A stretch of DNA of 64,000 nucleotides from the human T2T-CHM13v2.0 reference genome, Homo sapiens (GCF_009914755.1 NC_060939.1), one strand, 5' to 3'. Positions 17,066 through 34,266 are shown, counted from the stretch's first letter. Translations and numbers: made by a program. The notes: generated by a model from the letters alone, not told the origin.

Positions 17066-18789
17066 TAATTATACTCACAGAAAGTTGCCAAACAAATACA
17101 GAGAGATCCTATGTACCCTCTACCCAGCTTCCTCCAATGGTCACATTTTATATGATGGCAGCACACTTTTAAAATGTGAGTTTGGTACTTGGAACCATCT
17201 GGAAGAAGATTTGGCAGTTCACACCTTACCATTGCAAATCTACTCTGTCCAATCCACTGAAAGTCCTGGTCTTCTCCTCCTCCAGGACTTTGTTCACTCA
17301 TTGGTACTGCCCAGAAAGTAGTCTACCGCCCAGAGACTCAGGCTGGCTTAAGCCAAAATGGAATTTGCTGGAAAGATGGTGGGATGCACCAGAATCTGTG
17401 AGAGCCTGGGGAGCAGAGCAGGAGGGAGGACAAGAACTGGGCATCCAGCACGCCTTGGCCAGGTGCCCAGGATGCCCCACAGTAGGGAATGAATGCCCAC
17501 TGCTTTCTTTGTTTTTTCCCCCATCCTTTGCCATCTCTTTACGAAGCATTTCCATATCACCCCAGCCAAAAATGGCTTTATCCTCCTCTAGCCCACCCCT
17601 ATAGCCTTCCCACCTGTAATTTCTTGGGGCCAAGGTCCTGATTTTGTATAGTTCATAACATTTAATTATAGTCCATAAATGTAATTGCTTGGGGCCAAGG
17701 TCTTGGTCTTTGTATAGTCCATAATATTTACTCAAAGTGAGAAACCAGCAAGATTGTGAATGAATAAATCCTGCCTCAGTAGGCAGTTAATTTTTTTAAC
17801 CAAATCCTTTGACATATTCATACATAACCAGAATGAAAACAAAACTGCTCTTTTTTGGTTTGTTTTTCACTTCACTTCTTAATGGGAGTGTTAAAGCAGT
17901 CAGTAAGTGAAATAGGCTTTTGAAATCACTGACAAAGCTTTTAAGGAGCCCATGAACTTGCGAATAACAGCTACAGAAGGTTTTAATTAGCGTGCTGTGA
18001 AACAAAAGTCACTTGACCTCTAGGTGCCCTTCTTTAAAAAGTGAGATAATGAGACTGGCCACCTGCCTCGCTCACTTGAGATAGTGTGTTCATTAATGAG
18101 ACAGGTGGTGGTGGCAAGGTGCTGGGACTCCTTTGGATGAGAGAAGGAAAAAGCTCTCCAAATACAAACTGTCATAATGATGGTTCTAGCCAAAGATCCT
18201 GTTATACCTAGACTCCCTCTGGTGACCAATTTAGCGCATGGTATATAATGCATTTTGAATTAATTGGTTTCTACAGCCTCTTAGTAGCCTGGGAGTTGTG
18301 GATTGGCTGTGGTTTTTACCTTTGTTAAGACAAGGTGAATATATTCTCCCCTCAGTGGAAGACAATGAATGGTTGCCCTTGTCATCTCTTTAATGCCACA
18401 ACTCTCTTCACCTTTACACTGGTGCCTGGCTTGCCTCAGTGCTTTTTCATTTGGAAACCAGTGTTTTCAGCGCTGCTGAACAGTATGGGGAACATTACTA
18501 TCACCATCTTCGGATCGCCAAAGGGCAGTTAAAAGGAAACAGGAGTCGATGCATTCTGTTTGGTCCCAGAAAGCAAAGTTGGGACAGGTGAGAACCAGAT
18601 GAGCACAGGTTTCAGCTCAACATAAAAGAAAACATCTTCATAGACAGTCTGTCACACAATGGAACAGGCATCTCCTGGAGGAAGTGAGAAGGGACACTCT
18701 CACCAGAGACAGAACCTGTGTGGGACAGGGGTTTTGATTTGTAGACACTTGAATCTGAATCTACTGCAGCTAATTGTTTAACAGAAACA

Positions 18790-19229
18790 AGTTTATAATG
18801 ATGAATTGGTGCTCAGCATCAATTTCATTCTCCTTGTGTTCCTTCCTCCACTGAGGAAGCTGGAAAGCTCAGATCTGTATTTCCCAGACTCCCCTGTAGC
18901 AGGATTTGTGGTGTGATTTGGGCTCAGCATATCAGATGGGCTTGCATGGAAGGTGAGGAGGAGGCCATACTTCTGCTGGGTCTGCTGATTTTCCAGTGGC
19001 CCTTGAGAATTCCAGTGTCCAGTCACACGCTTTATGTGTATTAAGAAGCAGAGCATGAGGCATTAACTAGTATAGATGGTGGCAGGCACAGAGTGACTCT
19101 TCAGCTAGCAGCAGCAGTCGTGGTATCTGATCATGGTGGTGTCCTGATTGTGACAATTTGCCAAGCTGGGTCTCACCTGCTGTCTTCTCCTTCAGACTTT
19201 CCGATAAGTTGCTTCCTTTCTCTGGGCCT
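18790..19229. mobile_element. Old ERVL LTR fragment (LTR33/LTR16-like)
   Basis: gaagctggaaagctcagatctgtatttcccagactcccctgtagc. Confidence 0.5.
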
Positions 19230-19839
19230 TGTGAGAAACACACTTACCTGTCCAAACCCAAAGAATGAACTCGGAGACCTGGAGATCAGCAAAAGTGAGA
19301 CTTTTAATGATAGTCTTGCAAGATTGGGTGTCTGATGGGCAGACACACCCAGCACAGTTTTAACAAGCAATTTATACCCTAGTGAGCAGGTCCCTTCCCC
19401 TGTTCCTCATAGGCTTGAGTACTATGGGGTCACAATCTTCCTGGACGTCGTCTATTGGTTGTTGGATAGGGGCTTTAGGTGTTTTCTTTAGGGTTGTCTT
19501 GCTGCATTTTGCTGCAGCCCACAATGCATCGCAATCCTAGTTAGCTCAGGGGCTCTTTAAGTGTTTGACTTACGACCTACGTAGCTGGGCAGGCTGATAA
19601 GAACAGAAAAAGCAAGCTATTTTGCAGACTAATAAACTTTCATTTTAGACTAAACTTCTTTGGTTCGGGTGAGGGCAACTAAGGCGGCAGGGGGTGGTGA
19701 GGGGGCTGCGCACAACAAGCAGGCATCGGCTATCCAAGCAGGGGCCTAGTATATCCTGTTTCTTATGTAGTTTGCTAACCTAAGCTGATTTAAGGCACAT
19801 TTTCTTGGAAATGGACCACTGTATACATTATTTCCTTCA
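19230..19839 (-). mobile_element. Solo LTR, ERVL class (LTR18-like)
   Basis: TG...CA termini (tgtgagaaac...tttccttca) with a perfect 5-bp TSD ggcct (19225-19229 and 19840-19844). Confidence 0.8.
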
Positions 19840-20304
19840 GGCCTCACTTGCTTCATTTGACAAAAAGGGGTCAGAACACTGTCGCATCAGTTGAATCAGC
19901 TCCCAGCTTCCTCCCAAGGCTCATGCCCTACAGGAGAAGACATCCTAGGATTCAGAGACAGTTTGCAAAGGTCTCTACCTATTCAGAGCAGCTATTTTTC
20001 CAAATGGAGTCATACTTCCTAATAATCTCACAAACTCTGCATAGCAGAGCCACATCTTATACAGGCATAGGTTCTAAAGTCAGCATTTAAAGTAAAAATC
20101 CTATTTAGTCAAAATGACCTTGAAAATCCTCTAGGTTTTCTATATATTGCATTATTGCATGACAAAAATATCTTTGAATAAGATCAATACAGCCAGCTCT
20201 TCCTCCAGCATAGACAGACAGCAGCTTCTTCAGCTGAGTACCAGATACAGTAGTGGGCTTATGTTTTGGGCTGAATTGTATGAAAAATAGAAAATGTTCA
20301 ACGC

Positions 20305-20598
20305 AGCTGGGTGCAGTGGCTCATGCCTCAATCCCAGCACTTGGGGAGGCTGAGGCAGGCAGATCACTTGAGATCAGGAGTTCAAAACCAGCCTGGGCAA
20401 CATGACAAAACCCCGTCTCTACTAAAAATACAAACATTAGCTGGGAGTGGTAGCACATGACTGTAGTCCCATCTACTCAGGAAGCTGAGGTGGGAGAATT
20501 GCTTGAACTCAGGAGGCAGAGGCTGCAGTGAGCTGAGATCACACTATTGCACTGCAGCCTGAGTGACAGAGCGAGACCCTGCCTCAAAAAAAAAAAAA
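20305..20598 (+). mobile_element. Alu (J/S)
   Basis: Dimeric Alu with poly(A) tail. Confidence 0.9.
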
Positions 20599-21135
20599 GT
20601 TCAATACTACAGATATACCCGGTGCTGGGAGATAGATGCTTACATTATGAAAGATTGAGCTCGGGGAATGGGGTGACAAAGAGCAGGCAGAATGTGTAGG
20701 GCAGGGCTCTGAAAGTTCAAAGGCCAAGAGGCTGGGGGAGGGCCTCAAGAGATGGGCCTAGTGGGAGGCAGTGGTGCTGAAGGGTCCTCAGTAGCCCTGC
20801 CAAATCCTTCCAACCCGGCCTCCCTTTTGCTCAGCAGTGCCTGGTTTGAAAGAGCCCTTCCATGGGTCTGCCGGAAGAGCTGTCAGGAAGGCTGCAATAA
20901 TGATGTCACCCATGTTGAGAGAGAAGCAGTGACATTGAGGTGTGAAAGATTGGGAAGATTTCAGGGAAAAAAAGGGTGCAGGGTGATGGATGGGTGGGTT
21001 TGCCTAGCTGGAGAGGAAGGGGGTGGCATTCATGGGAGATGAATGGGGGGTGAGGGTGGAACAGCAGAAACAGAGGCTGATGTGGGGAAGCTCAGGGCCT
21101 GCTTCCCCTGGAAAGCAGATGACTCAGTGAGATGA

Positions 21136-21503
<368 letters not shown>

Positions 21504-21844
21504 AGCTAGAGTTTAGACTTTGATCTTTTGTGCACAGACTGGGGGTTTTGAACAGGAAAGTGGCTGTCATCAATTTGGTGCCTCAGGAAGCTCAGCTGGC
21601 TGTTACAGATAGAGTCAGGAGGCCAGGGAAATCCAGCCCCACATGAGGTGATGGCGAGGGCATGGAAAGGGAGAACATAGGAGAGGGATGTGGCATGCTC
21701 TGAGCTATGGAACCAAACTTCAATTCCTTCCATGAACATTATGTTAATCTCCCTTCTCTCTGAATGTCAGGATCAAGTCATTACATTTCCAGGGACAAAG
21801 CTTCTTGTTTTAAGAACACACAAAGGTATTCTGGGTCCTAAAAC

Positions 21845-22923
21845 TGCAATCACCAGATGAGTTCTTCCTGCCTGCTGCACAGACAAAATCAATTCACTGG
21901 AACTGTGGCATTGGAGTAGAGCAAGTTAACTGACACGAGGCTGACCCAGACAGGAGAACTAGAGTTATCACTCAAACCAGTCTCCCTGAAGGCTCAGAGG
22001 CCTAGGGTTTTAATGGACAATTTAGTGGGCAGGGGGCTAGGGAATGGGTACTGCTGATTAGTTGGGGATGAAATTACAAGTGTGTGGAAAGCAGTCCTCA
22101 TGCACAGAGCCCGCCTCTGGGTGGGGCCACAGGACCAGTTGAGTCATGAGTCACGAGTCCAGGTAGGGTCAGTCTGGAAAACATCTCAAAAAAATCTAAT
22201 CTTAGGTTCTACAATAGTGATGTTATCTATAGGAGCAATTAGGAAAGTCACAAGTCTTGTGACCTCTGGCCACGTGACCCCTGAGCATTACTGCTCATGT
22301 TTTAGGGATTATAGAAGTTATCCCTACATTCTAGCAGAGTTCAAGCCCCTCCCATATTCTAATGGCTTTTTTAAAAAATTTATTATTATTATTATTTTTT
22401 TTTGAGACAGAATCTTGCTCTTTTGCTCAGGCTGTAGTACAGTGGCACAATCTCGGCTCACTGCAACCTCCAACTACCTAGTTCAAGCGATTCTCCTGCC
22501 TCAACCTACTTGAGTAGCTGGGATTACAGGCATGTGCCACCATGCCCAGCTAATTTTTGTATTTTCAGTACAGATGGGGTTTCACCATGTTGGCCAGGCT
22601 AGTCTTGAACTCCTGACCCCAAGTAATCTGCCCACCTCCCCCCCTTCCAAAGTGATGGGATTACAGATGTGAGCCACTGCACCTAGCCTCTTATGGCTTT
22701 TCATTAGTCTGACATAGGCTGTTGTCAGTCCCTGAGCGAGGAGGGAGTTAGTTTTAGGAAGGGACTATTATCATCTTTGCTTTCAAGTTAAACTATGAAT
22801 TCTTCCCAAGGTTAACTTGACTTATACCCAGGAATGACCAAGAACAGCTTGGAAGTCAGAAGCAAGATGGAGTCAACTATGTCAGATTTCTCTTACTGTC
22901 ATAATTTTCCAAAGGCAGTTTTA
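21845..22923 (-). mobile_element. Solo LTR, LTR8A-like (ERV1), with an inserted Alu (about 22370-22688)
   Basis: tgcaatcaccagatgagttcttcctgcctgctgcacagacaaaatcaattcac...aagcaagatggagtcaactatgtcagatttctc...aaaggcagtttta. 4-bp TSD aaac. Confidence 0.82.
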
Positions 22924-23269
22924 AAACTAAGAGAGAAAAAGCACTAGGTTATGTGACATTTGACCCAGGAATGAGACACCTTCCCTAGGTCTCTCCACCG
23001 CATGGACTGGAGGAGCCTCAGCTTGTCTGGCTTCTGCTTTTTGCTGCTGCTTGAGCAATTTTCCACCATCCCTCCTGCCAACACCATAGATACACCCTCA
23101 ATGGGGAAAAACCTTTTTAACTTGAAAATTTAAGCGCTCACTTAACGGAAGTCACAGAGGTGAATATGACCAGAATCAATAGAGGTATCTTTGCCTCTGA
23201 TGTTTCCCACTCCAGGTTCAGAGAGACAAGTTGCGTCTCTCTTTGAGCTTGCCTGCAGGATCACTTGAT

Positions 23270-24586
23270 TCATGCTTTTTCTCCCATAAATATTTATTGA
23301 ACACCTACCATGTGCCAATTCTAGGGGCTGGGGATACAGCAGTGAACAAAACAACCAAGTCCCTGCCTCATGGAACCTATGTTCTAGTAGGAAATAGACA
23401 ACAAACAAATGAGTTAAATGTGCAGCATATTAGACCATGATAATGAGATGGGATGGTTCCCTTGACCTTGACCCCCTTCGTGGGCAGGAACTGGAGTGGC
23501 TTGTTTCACTCAGCCCACCGCTGGCCACTCCTCATGAGAGGGAGCGTGCAAGCGAGTACAGGAACCGGAGGGAACGAATGCTGGAACCGGCCAGTCACTT
23601 CTCTCTGGTGAGAGCAGGCTCTGTGCATCCCTGCAGCAGTGTCCAAGCCCCTGCCCTCTCAGCACCCAGGTTCTTGTCCAGCATCCAGAAAGAATCAGGT
23701 CACAAGAACGGGTTCAAGGGTAGTGTATGCAGAGGATTTTATTGGGTGATGGCTCTCAGCAACATGGGAGCTGGAAAGGGGATTGTGTGGGAAGAAGGTG
23801 ATCTTTCCCTGAAGCCGCACTGTCTGAAGTTAGCTGCATCTATCCATAGTCTCCAACGCTCAGTTGCTGCTTCTCTGCTCACTGCTCAGCCTCTTGTATC
23901 CCCAACTCCCAGCAGCCTGCATCCCCACCGGTCAGCCGCTTGTGTTGCTTTGCCAGCTGAAGTCTTTTTATGGGCACGGGAGAGGAGCAGGGCAGACCAA
24001 ACAAGCAACATTTTCATGGAAAAAAAGGGGGTCAGCTGTTTTCACTTAGGGCCATGGCTCCAGGCTTAAGGGTGGAGTTTAGCTGGGCGCTCAGCCATTC
24101 TGTATCAATAAGTGCTACGGAGAGGAATGAAAAGAATGAGTATAAGGGGTGCTGGGGTTTGCCATATATGTTGGGTGTTCAGGAAGACCTCACCGAGCTG
24201 GGCAAATTGGAGCAGAGACCCAGTGAAAGTGAAGGAGCAATCTATGTGGCTATCTAGGAGAAGGCACCTGAAAATGCAGAGGCCTAAAGAAGAGATTGTG
24301 CTTGGTGTTAAAGGAACAGCAAAGAGCAAGGAATGAGACTAATGCAGAGTGAGCAAAGGATGTAGGAGATGAGGCCAAAGAGGAGGAGTCAGATCAGGAC
24401 CCTGGAGGCCATCGTGAGGACTTTGAATTTTACACTGACTAAGATGGGAGCCAGTGTGGAGTTCTGAGCAAAGAATGACATGAGCTGGCTTCCACTTTAA
24501 CAGCATCCTCTGGCTGTTGTGCTGAGACTAGTTAGGAGGCTGCTGTCATCATCCAGAGCAGAGATGATAGTGGCCTGAACCAGGAT

Positions 24587-24590
<4 letters not shown>
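23270..24590 (-). mobile_element. L2 3' fragment (host of the LTR at 23444)
   Basis: aaatatttattgaacacctaccatgtgcca...gctggggatacagcagtgaacaaaac, resuming at gtgctacggagagg...ggactttgaattttac. Confidence 0.8.
23444..24107 (-). mobile_element. Solo LTR, ERV1 class (LTR27/LTR28-like)
   Basis: TG...CA termini (tgagatggg...ctgtatca) with a 4-bp TSD ataa. Reverse-strand AATAAA at about 23738-23743. Confidence 0.8.

Positions 24591-24666
<76 letters not shown>
24591..24666. repeat. Compound microsatellite (TG)21(TA)6(TG)11 at the tail of an antisense AluJ (about 24668-24960)
   Basis: Read directly from the sequence. Confidence 0.95.
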
Positions 24667-25215
24667 CTTTTTAGAGATAGGGTCTTGCTCTGTCACCCAG
24701 GCTGAAGTGCAGTGGTACAGTCATAACACATTACAGCCTTCAACTCCCGGGCTCAAGTGATCCTCCCACCTCAGCCTCCCAAATAGCAAGGAAAGGACTA
24801 CAGGTATGTACAACCACACCTGGCTAATTTCTTTATTTTTTGTAGAGATGGGATCTCACTCTGTTGACCAGGCTGATCTCCAACTCCCGGCCTCAAGCGA
24901 TCCTCCTGCCTCAGCCTCCTAAGTGCTGGAATTACAAGTGTGAGCTACCATGCCCAGTCCAGGATAATATTTCTTTATCAGTGGGGGAGGAGTGGAAGTT
25001 TGTAGGAGACAGGCCCAGGGCACCTGAAAAAGTCAGATTTTAGTCTTACAGGCTTTAGATGAATGGCCTCCAAAGCAGATGCTCACCCTCAAGCCTGACC
25101 CTTCTGGTCCAGTCTCAGCTCTGAAGGCCACTCTAAAAGAAGAGTGATTGCAATGTTTTGAGTAGGGACAGCTTCATTTGGAATAGACATCTAGTCTAGT
25201 AGAATAACTGCTTTG

Positions 25216-25463
25216 AGGCTGGGTATGGTGGCTTGCCCCTGAAATCCCAGCACTCTGTGAGGCTGAGGTGGGAGGTTTGCTTGAGCCCAGGATTTGAGAC
25301 AAGCCTGGGCAACAAAATTAGCCAGGCATGGTGGCGTACACCTGGCGTGTAGTCCTTGCTACTTGGGAGGCTGACGTGGGAGGATCGCTTGAGCATGGGA
25401 AGTCGAGACTGCACTAAGCTATCGCACCACTGCACTCCAGCCTGGGCGACAGAGCAAGACCCT
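25216..25463 (+). mobile_element. AluJ, internally deleted
   Basis: Left arm joins directly to aaattagcc. Confidence 0.85.
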
Positions 25464-26417
25464 TTGGCTTTGATTGAAAGGGCCATTTGGGTGTTTTAAA
25501 TGTTAAAAAAAAATCCGTTTTTATTGCCATGCTACAGGATACAGTGTGAACTTCAATCCCTTATTGTTCCCTCAGTGTTTTATTAACTACGGATGTCAAG
25601 GTCAGACGCTGCTTATTGTCTCTCTTTACATCACTGGAAGGGACAATGCCTACTGCTGCCCCCTGGAGGCCACTAGGCCTAACAGCAGCTCAAGCTGTAA
25701 CTTCTGAACTTCACCTATTTTCTGGGCACAAACCATTTGGTTCAGCCTGCAGAAGAGCGTGGAAGACATATGGGACTGGGGCCCACAATCTGGTTTCCCA
25801 TTCTTGCTCTGCCATTATTTCACTGGATAACTCACTGTGGGAATTTAAGCAAGTCCCATGCTCATATATAAAGCTATTAAACTAGATGGTTTCTTATCTT
25901 CCCTTCTTGTGCTGACATTTAATTTTATTATTTTATTCACATTTATTACAGGTGTGAACCACCACGCTTGGCCATGTGACATTTTAAAGTGTTTATGAAA
26001 TCTGTAAATTAAGTGGGACATGGCTTCCACATCATCCCAAATTCCCTTTATATTCCTGTACCCTTTTTTCTCTCTCTCCCCAAACATCCCTCCCAGCACC
26101 TAGACACTGTCCTCTGGCCATCTGGGAAACCACAGTGCAAGGCCCCTCCTGGGCCCATCTTCCCCTTAGCAGGGGCCCTAAACGTTAGACATTTTTTCTT
26201 CTTTTGCTCTTATCAAAAACGACTTTTCCTAGTTCCACCAACTAATGAGTGAGTGCTAATGAGGGATTATATTTTTCCACGTCTCAGTTTTCTTCTCTGT
26301 ACAACAGGGCTAATAATATTTATCTTCAAGGTTATTATGAGGATTACAAATAGTTTATGCAAACAGCCTAAACTGTTGAATACACTGTCTGAGGTATTCA
26401 ATAAATGGCAGACTGCT

Positions 26418-26734
26418 TTTATTTTATTCTATTATTTATTTATTTAAGACAGGGTCTCATTCTGTCACCCAGGCTGGAATGCAGTGGTATGATCATGGCT
26501 CACTGCAGCCCAGACCTCCCTGGGCACAGGTGATTCCCCCATCTCAGCCTCCCAACTAGCTAGGACCATAGGTGTGCACCACCACACCAGGCTAATATTT
26601 CTATTTTTTGTAGAGTTTCAGCATGGGGTTTCCCCACGTTGACCAGGCTGGTCTCGAATTCCTGTGCTCAAGCGATCTGCCCTCCTTGGCTTCCCAGAGT
26701 GTTGGAATTACAGGAATGAGCCACTGCGCCTGCC
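26418..26734 (-). mobile_element. AluJ
   Basis: Reverse dimeric Alu. Confidence 0.88.
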
Positions 26735-26909
26735 TTGGACACTGTTTTTAAATGGACACAGCTCAAAAAAAAATCATTTTCTCTTAATGTTTCTTAGAAA
26801 CCTTTTTTAATTCCCTCCAAGTGGGGTTAAATGTTCTTCATCTGTGCTTAAAAGTCTATGGGAATGATTCACTGAGTGCTAGATACATGTCCATACCCGA
26901 ATAGACCAC

Positions 26910-27425
26910 TATGGTAGGCAGAATAATTCCCCCACCTCTCCAAAGATGTCCATGCCCTAGTCCCTGGAACCTGTGAATAGGTGATGTTACATGGCAAAGG
27001 GGGAAATGAAGGCTTAGGATGGAATTATGTTTGCTAATCAGCTGACTTTGAGATTGGGAGATTATCCTTCAGTATCCAATGTCCCCAATGTAATAACGAG
27101 ATTCATTATCAATGAAAGAAGGAGGTAGAGAGTCAGAGATAGATGTGAAGACCGAGGCAGAGGTCTGAGTGACACCATTGCTGGCTTTGAAGATGGAAGA
27201 GAGCCAGGGCCAAGGGATGTCTGAAGCCTCCAGAAGCCAGAAAAGGCGAGAAAATGAATTCTCCTCTAGAGCCTCTGGAAAGGAGTGCAGCTCTATTGAC
27301 ACCTTGATTTTAGCCCAATAAGACCCATTTCAGACTTCTCCAGAACCGTAAGATAATTAAATTGTGCTGTTTTAAGCCACTAAGTTTGTGGTAATTTGTT
27401 ACAGCCACCATTGGAAATAAATACA
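26910..27425 (+). mobile_element. MLT1D-like MaLR solo LTR
   Basis: ggtaggcagaataattcccc...aaagatgtccatgccctagtccctggaacctgtgaat...gttttaagccactaagtttgtggtaatttgttacagc...aataca. Confidence 0.85.
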
Positions 27426-27611
27426 AACCCTCACATACATTTAATTGGCACAACAATCCAAGTAGTCAGTAGTATTGTCCCCACTTTACAGCTGGGGAAA
27501 CTGCAGCTCAGAGATGTTAAGTAACTTGCCCAAAACTGCACAGCTAGTAAATAGCTACATCAGTTAAATTCCTTTGGTGCAAGTTTTGGAAAACAAACAA
27601 AAACACAAATT

Positions 27612-29725
<2,114 letters not shown>

Positions 29726-29924
29726 GGAGAGATATTTAAACAAAACTACATTTGTTTTTTATTTATTTTTTTACTTAAAAAAATTTTTTTATATTTCTTT
29801 ATACTTTTTTAAAACAAATAAACATGGGGTCTCATGATGTTGCCCAAGCTGCTCTCAAACTCCTGGCTCAAGCCTCGGCTCAGCCTAATTTGTTTTGTCT
29901 TTTGACACTATAAAATAAAATGAG

Positions 29925-30256
29925 TGTTCCAATGAGCTGAGCAGAGGAGGTTGGCTTTATGGGCAGAAAAGGGCTGAAGAAAGGTAGAAACGGAGAACGA
30001 AAAGCAGACTGGTTGTTTCAAAGTTACCTTCCTTGTAAGGTAGAAGCAGAAGGGACTTCCTTATCACACCAGCTAAAGCTGGCCTGTTTGGGGATTTGAC
30101 TACTTCTCTTTCTTCATTTCTTCTAAGGTCAGGTAAACAATTTAATTTAGGCTTGGTGGCATGGAACTTCAGTGTGAGTGACTCCATTATGGTTTGGTCT
30201 GTTGGGCCTAGTGCAGGAGCTCAATTGAAACCAATGACCTCCTATACATTTTAACA
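29925..30256 (-). mobile_element. ERV1 LTR fragment (MER31-like)
   Basis: gagtgactccattatggtttggtctgttgggcctagtgcaggagctca...ttaaca. Confidence 0.6.
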
Positions 30257-31176
30257 CCATAAAGGAAGTTCATTGGCTCACATAACTGAAGAGAATTCCA
30301 AAGGAAGTTCTTGTAGAGAACAGGTAAGGCTTGATTCAGAATCCGAAAGAATGACACCCGGGATCCAGAATTTCTCTCTCTTATCTGTGCCTTCCACCGA
30401 GAATGGCTTTATTCTCAGGTACCACACAGTGGAGGCCACACCTCCAAACTCACCCCTGTGGTGATAAAATGGCTGCAGCAGTTCCAGATGTCAGAACCTC
30501 ACTCTCACAACTTGTTGAGGAAAAAAGAAAGCCTCCCTTTCTCAGAAGCCCCAACAAGTCTTGTTGTGAGTTGTTGCTTCTAATTAGGTTACATCCCCAA
30601 TTTCTGATCTGAATACTGGATCCATGGTGGACCTATGGATGGGAATTGGGGAAGAGCTGAATTGCCCAGGGGAAGTTCAGAGTCATCTGAACAGGAGACA
30701 CAGGAAATGACTATCAAATGTCCACAAAGATCTTGACCACCAAGTATCTGAGTTCAATTACTACTGCCTCTCAGTAACATCTTTTCTGACTCCTCAGACA
30801 CATTACTACTGTCTGTTTCTCACTGTCCCAATTCTTCAAACTAAGGGACAACCCTTATATCCTGGAGCTAGCCTTATATCCTGTGCCCCCAGCCCTTACC
30901 ACAGGGCCTGGCTAAGATCAGCTATCAGATACATGTGTGTTGTTCAATGGGACTGCTCTTTACTGGCAGGTGAGACATTCACAAAGCTGCTCAAGTTCCA
31001 CCTTTCTCTAATTCTGTAAGGGAGCTGCTCTGTTACCCATGCAGCTGGCTAACGTTTCTGAGAAAATACAAGAACTTCATTTGGTACAAGGTGTGGCTTG
31101 TATTATATTGAAGCCAGTTTGAGTTGAATGTTTCTTTTAGTTATAGCTGAAAACAACCCGATACCATGCCTTCTAG

Positions 31177-31810
<634 letters not shown>

Positions 31811-32754
31811 CTTAACAAGGTTTAATAGGTGTTAACTATTATTACTTTTATTATCACTTGTACTAATGTTATCTATTTGTAAGCTTCTCAAGGGCCGGTC
31901 TCATCCTCCTCACTGTTCTGATATTAGTACATAATACTCAAATGGTGGTTGAACCAAACCAAAGTGTCCAGGCCACCACTTTACAAGAGTCAGGTTTCCA
32001 TCGATGGGATTTTAAAATATAAGTCATATTTTCAAAATCAGTAGGATAGCTTGCTATTTACAGAATTCCTGTAGAAAATTATTTTTGAAAGATTAATCAT
32101 TTCATAATTCAAATCACTTATGTCTCATTTGTCTGTTGCACAGGTTTGGAACTTCTTACATGCAGAATCAGGTTTCTTTCATTCATTTATTCATTCACTT
32201 ATCAATTCATTTATACAACAAGACTTTCTGGAGCAATGGCCATATGCCAGGGCCTGTGCTAGGAGACAGGGAGAGAGAGTAAACACTTGGTGCTTGTGTT
32301 CAGGGAGTTCAGTTTAGTGAATGAACAGACAAACAAAGAATTACGGCATGGTGAGCTAAGTGCTGTGAGAGGGAGGCATGGGTGGCTTTGAGGGCAATAA
32401 AGAGGGAACCCAGGGTAGCGGTGGAGGGGAGTGCATAGGAGCAGAAAAAGCTTCAAAAAGAGGAGCTTCTGCTTCTGATTGACAACTAGAAGTTGGCTGA
32501 TGAATGTGCAAAGGCTTGAAGGAGCATGAGGCTTATTTTCAGGGAAATCCAGGTGGTATTAGTTCTGTTTGTGTTCCATGTTAGTTAAGAATGGGACAAG
32601 AGGTAAGACTGGAGAGTAGGCGAGGATCAGGCCGCAAAAGGCCTCAAAGGCTGGGCTGGAAAGTTATGATTTCATCTTGAAGGTGGTCAGGGAGATTTTG
32701 AAGATTTTCAGCAAACATGATCAAATTTGCCTTTCAGAAAGAATATCCTGATGG

Positions 32755-33098
<344 letters not shown>

Positions 33099-33583
33099 TT
33101 AGAGCAATGATGAGAGGGTTGGGGAGGCAAGCCTGAAACAGGGACACCACTTAGGAAATGACTCTTAGGCTGACCCATATAAAATCACCTTTTTAAAAAT
33201 GATCAAATGCCCTCAATCTCCCTCCCAAAGCAATGGTCCAGATGAGAGTGATCGGAACCCAAACCAAGCCACCAGTAAAAGAGATAAACCAAGAGACATC
33301 AGGAGCTCTAATTTGATAGGACATCATAGTGTTCTTTGATGAGAGAGGCAAAGGAAAGGACTTACATCTGAAAGTGGAAACATAAAATCACAGTCTATAA
33401 AAATCATTCTTGTACCTAAAAAGTTTACTTCAACCAGTGAATTCTGCAGCTGAAGCCTGATAGATTCATTCAGGTCGGCATAGCCACACAGCAGAATTGG
33501 GGCAAGGCTGGGATTGAAACCCAGGACTCCTGACTGCTCTGCTGCACTGTCTTCATTGTACCTTGGGTCTTCCAAAAAGGTAT

Positions 33584-34038
33584 TTGTATTCACTTCCTAG
33601 GCCTGCCGTCACAAACTACTCAAACTGGGAGACTTAAACAACAGAAATTTATTGCCTAACAGTTCTGGAGGCTGGAAGTCAGAAATGAAGGTGGTGGCAG
33701 GGTTGAATCCTTCTAGGAGTTGTGGGAAAAATTTGCTTCAGGCCTCTCTTCCTGGCTTGTAGACCTGTCAGCCCTATCTCCATCTTCATGATCCCACAGC
33801 GTTTCTCTCTGCGTGCTGACTTTCTTCACATGGGCTTTCCCCTGTGTGTCTATGTGCCTGTTTTCTCTTCTTAGGAGAACACCAGTCATTGGATTAGGAC
33901 CAACCTTACTCCAGTATGATTTCGTCTTAACTAATTACATCGGCAATGACTTTATTTCCAAATAAGGTCACATACACAGGTATTAGGAATTAAGACTTCA
34001 ACATATGAATTTTGTGGGGGCACAATTCAAACCATAAC
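33584..34038 (-). mobile_element. MLT1B/C-like MaLR LTR
   Basis: acttaaacaacagaaatttattgcctaacagttctggaggctggaagtc...atttccaaataaggtcacat...caattcaaaccataaca. Confidence 0.82.
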
Positions 34039-34266
34039 AACAGTACATTTGAAATTTATGTTTCCATGTCATTTTACTGATGGCAGTTCTGCATTTTCCC
34101 TTAGAAAACGGAATTAGGGTCCAAGGAATAAGGGTCTTTTCCATTTCCATATCTTGACACAGTTCCAAGGACAGTGTTCTGCTCTATAAGCCTGCATCAA
34201 CATTCTTAATCACCTGCTGGCAACAGACAGGGATTTCGGTGAGCTTCTAAAAACTTTTAATATGTG

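Noticed and set aside
23437-24069. 210-aa ORF
   Set aside because: Coincides with the antisense strand of a TSD-flanked solo LTR.
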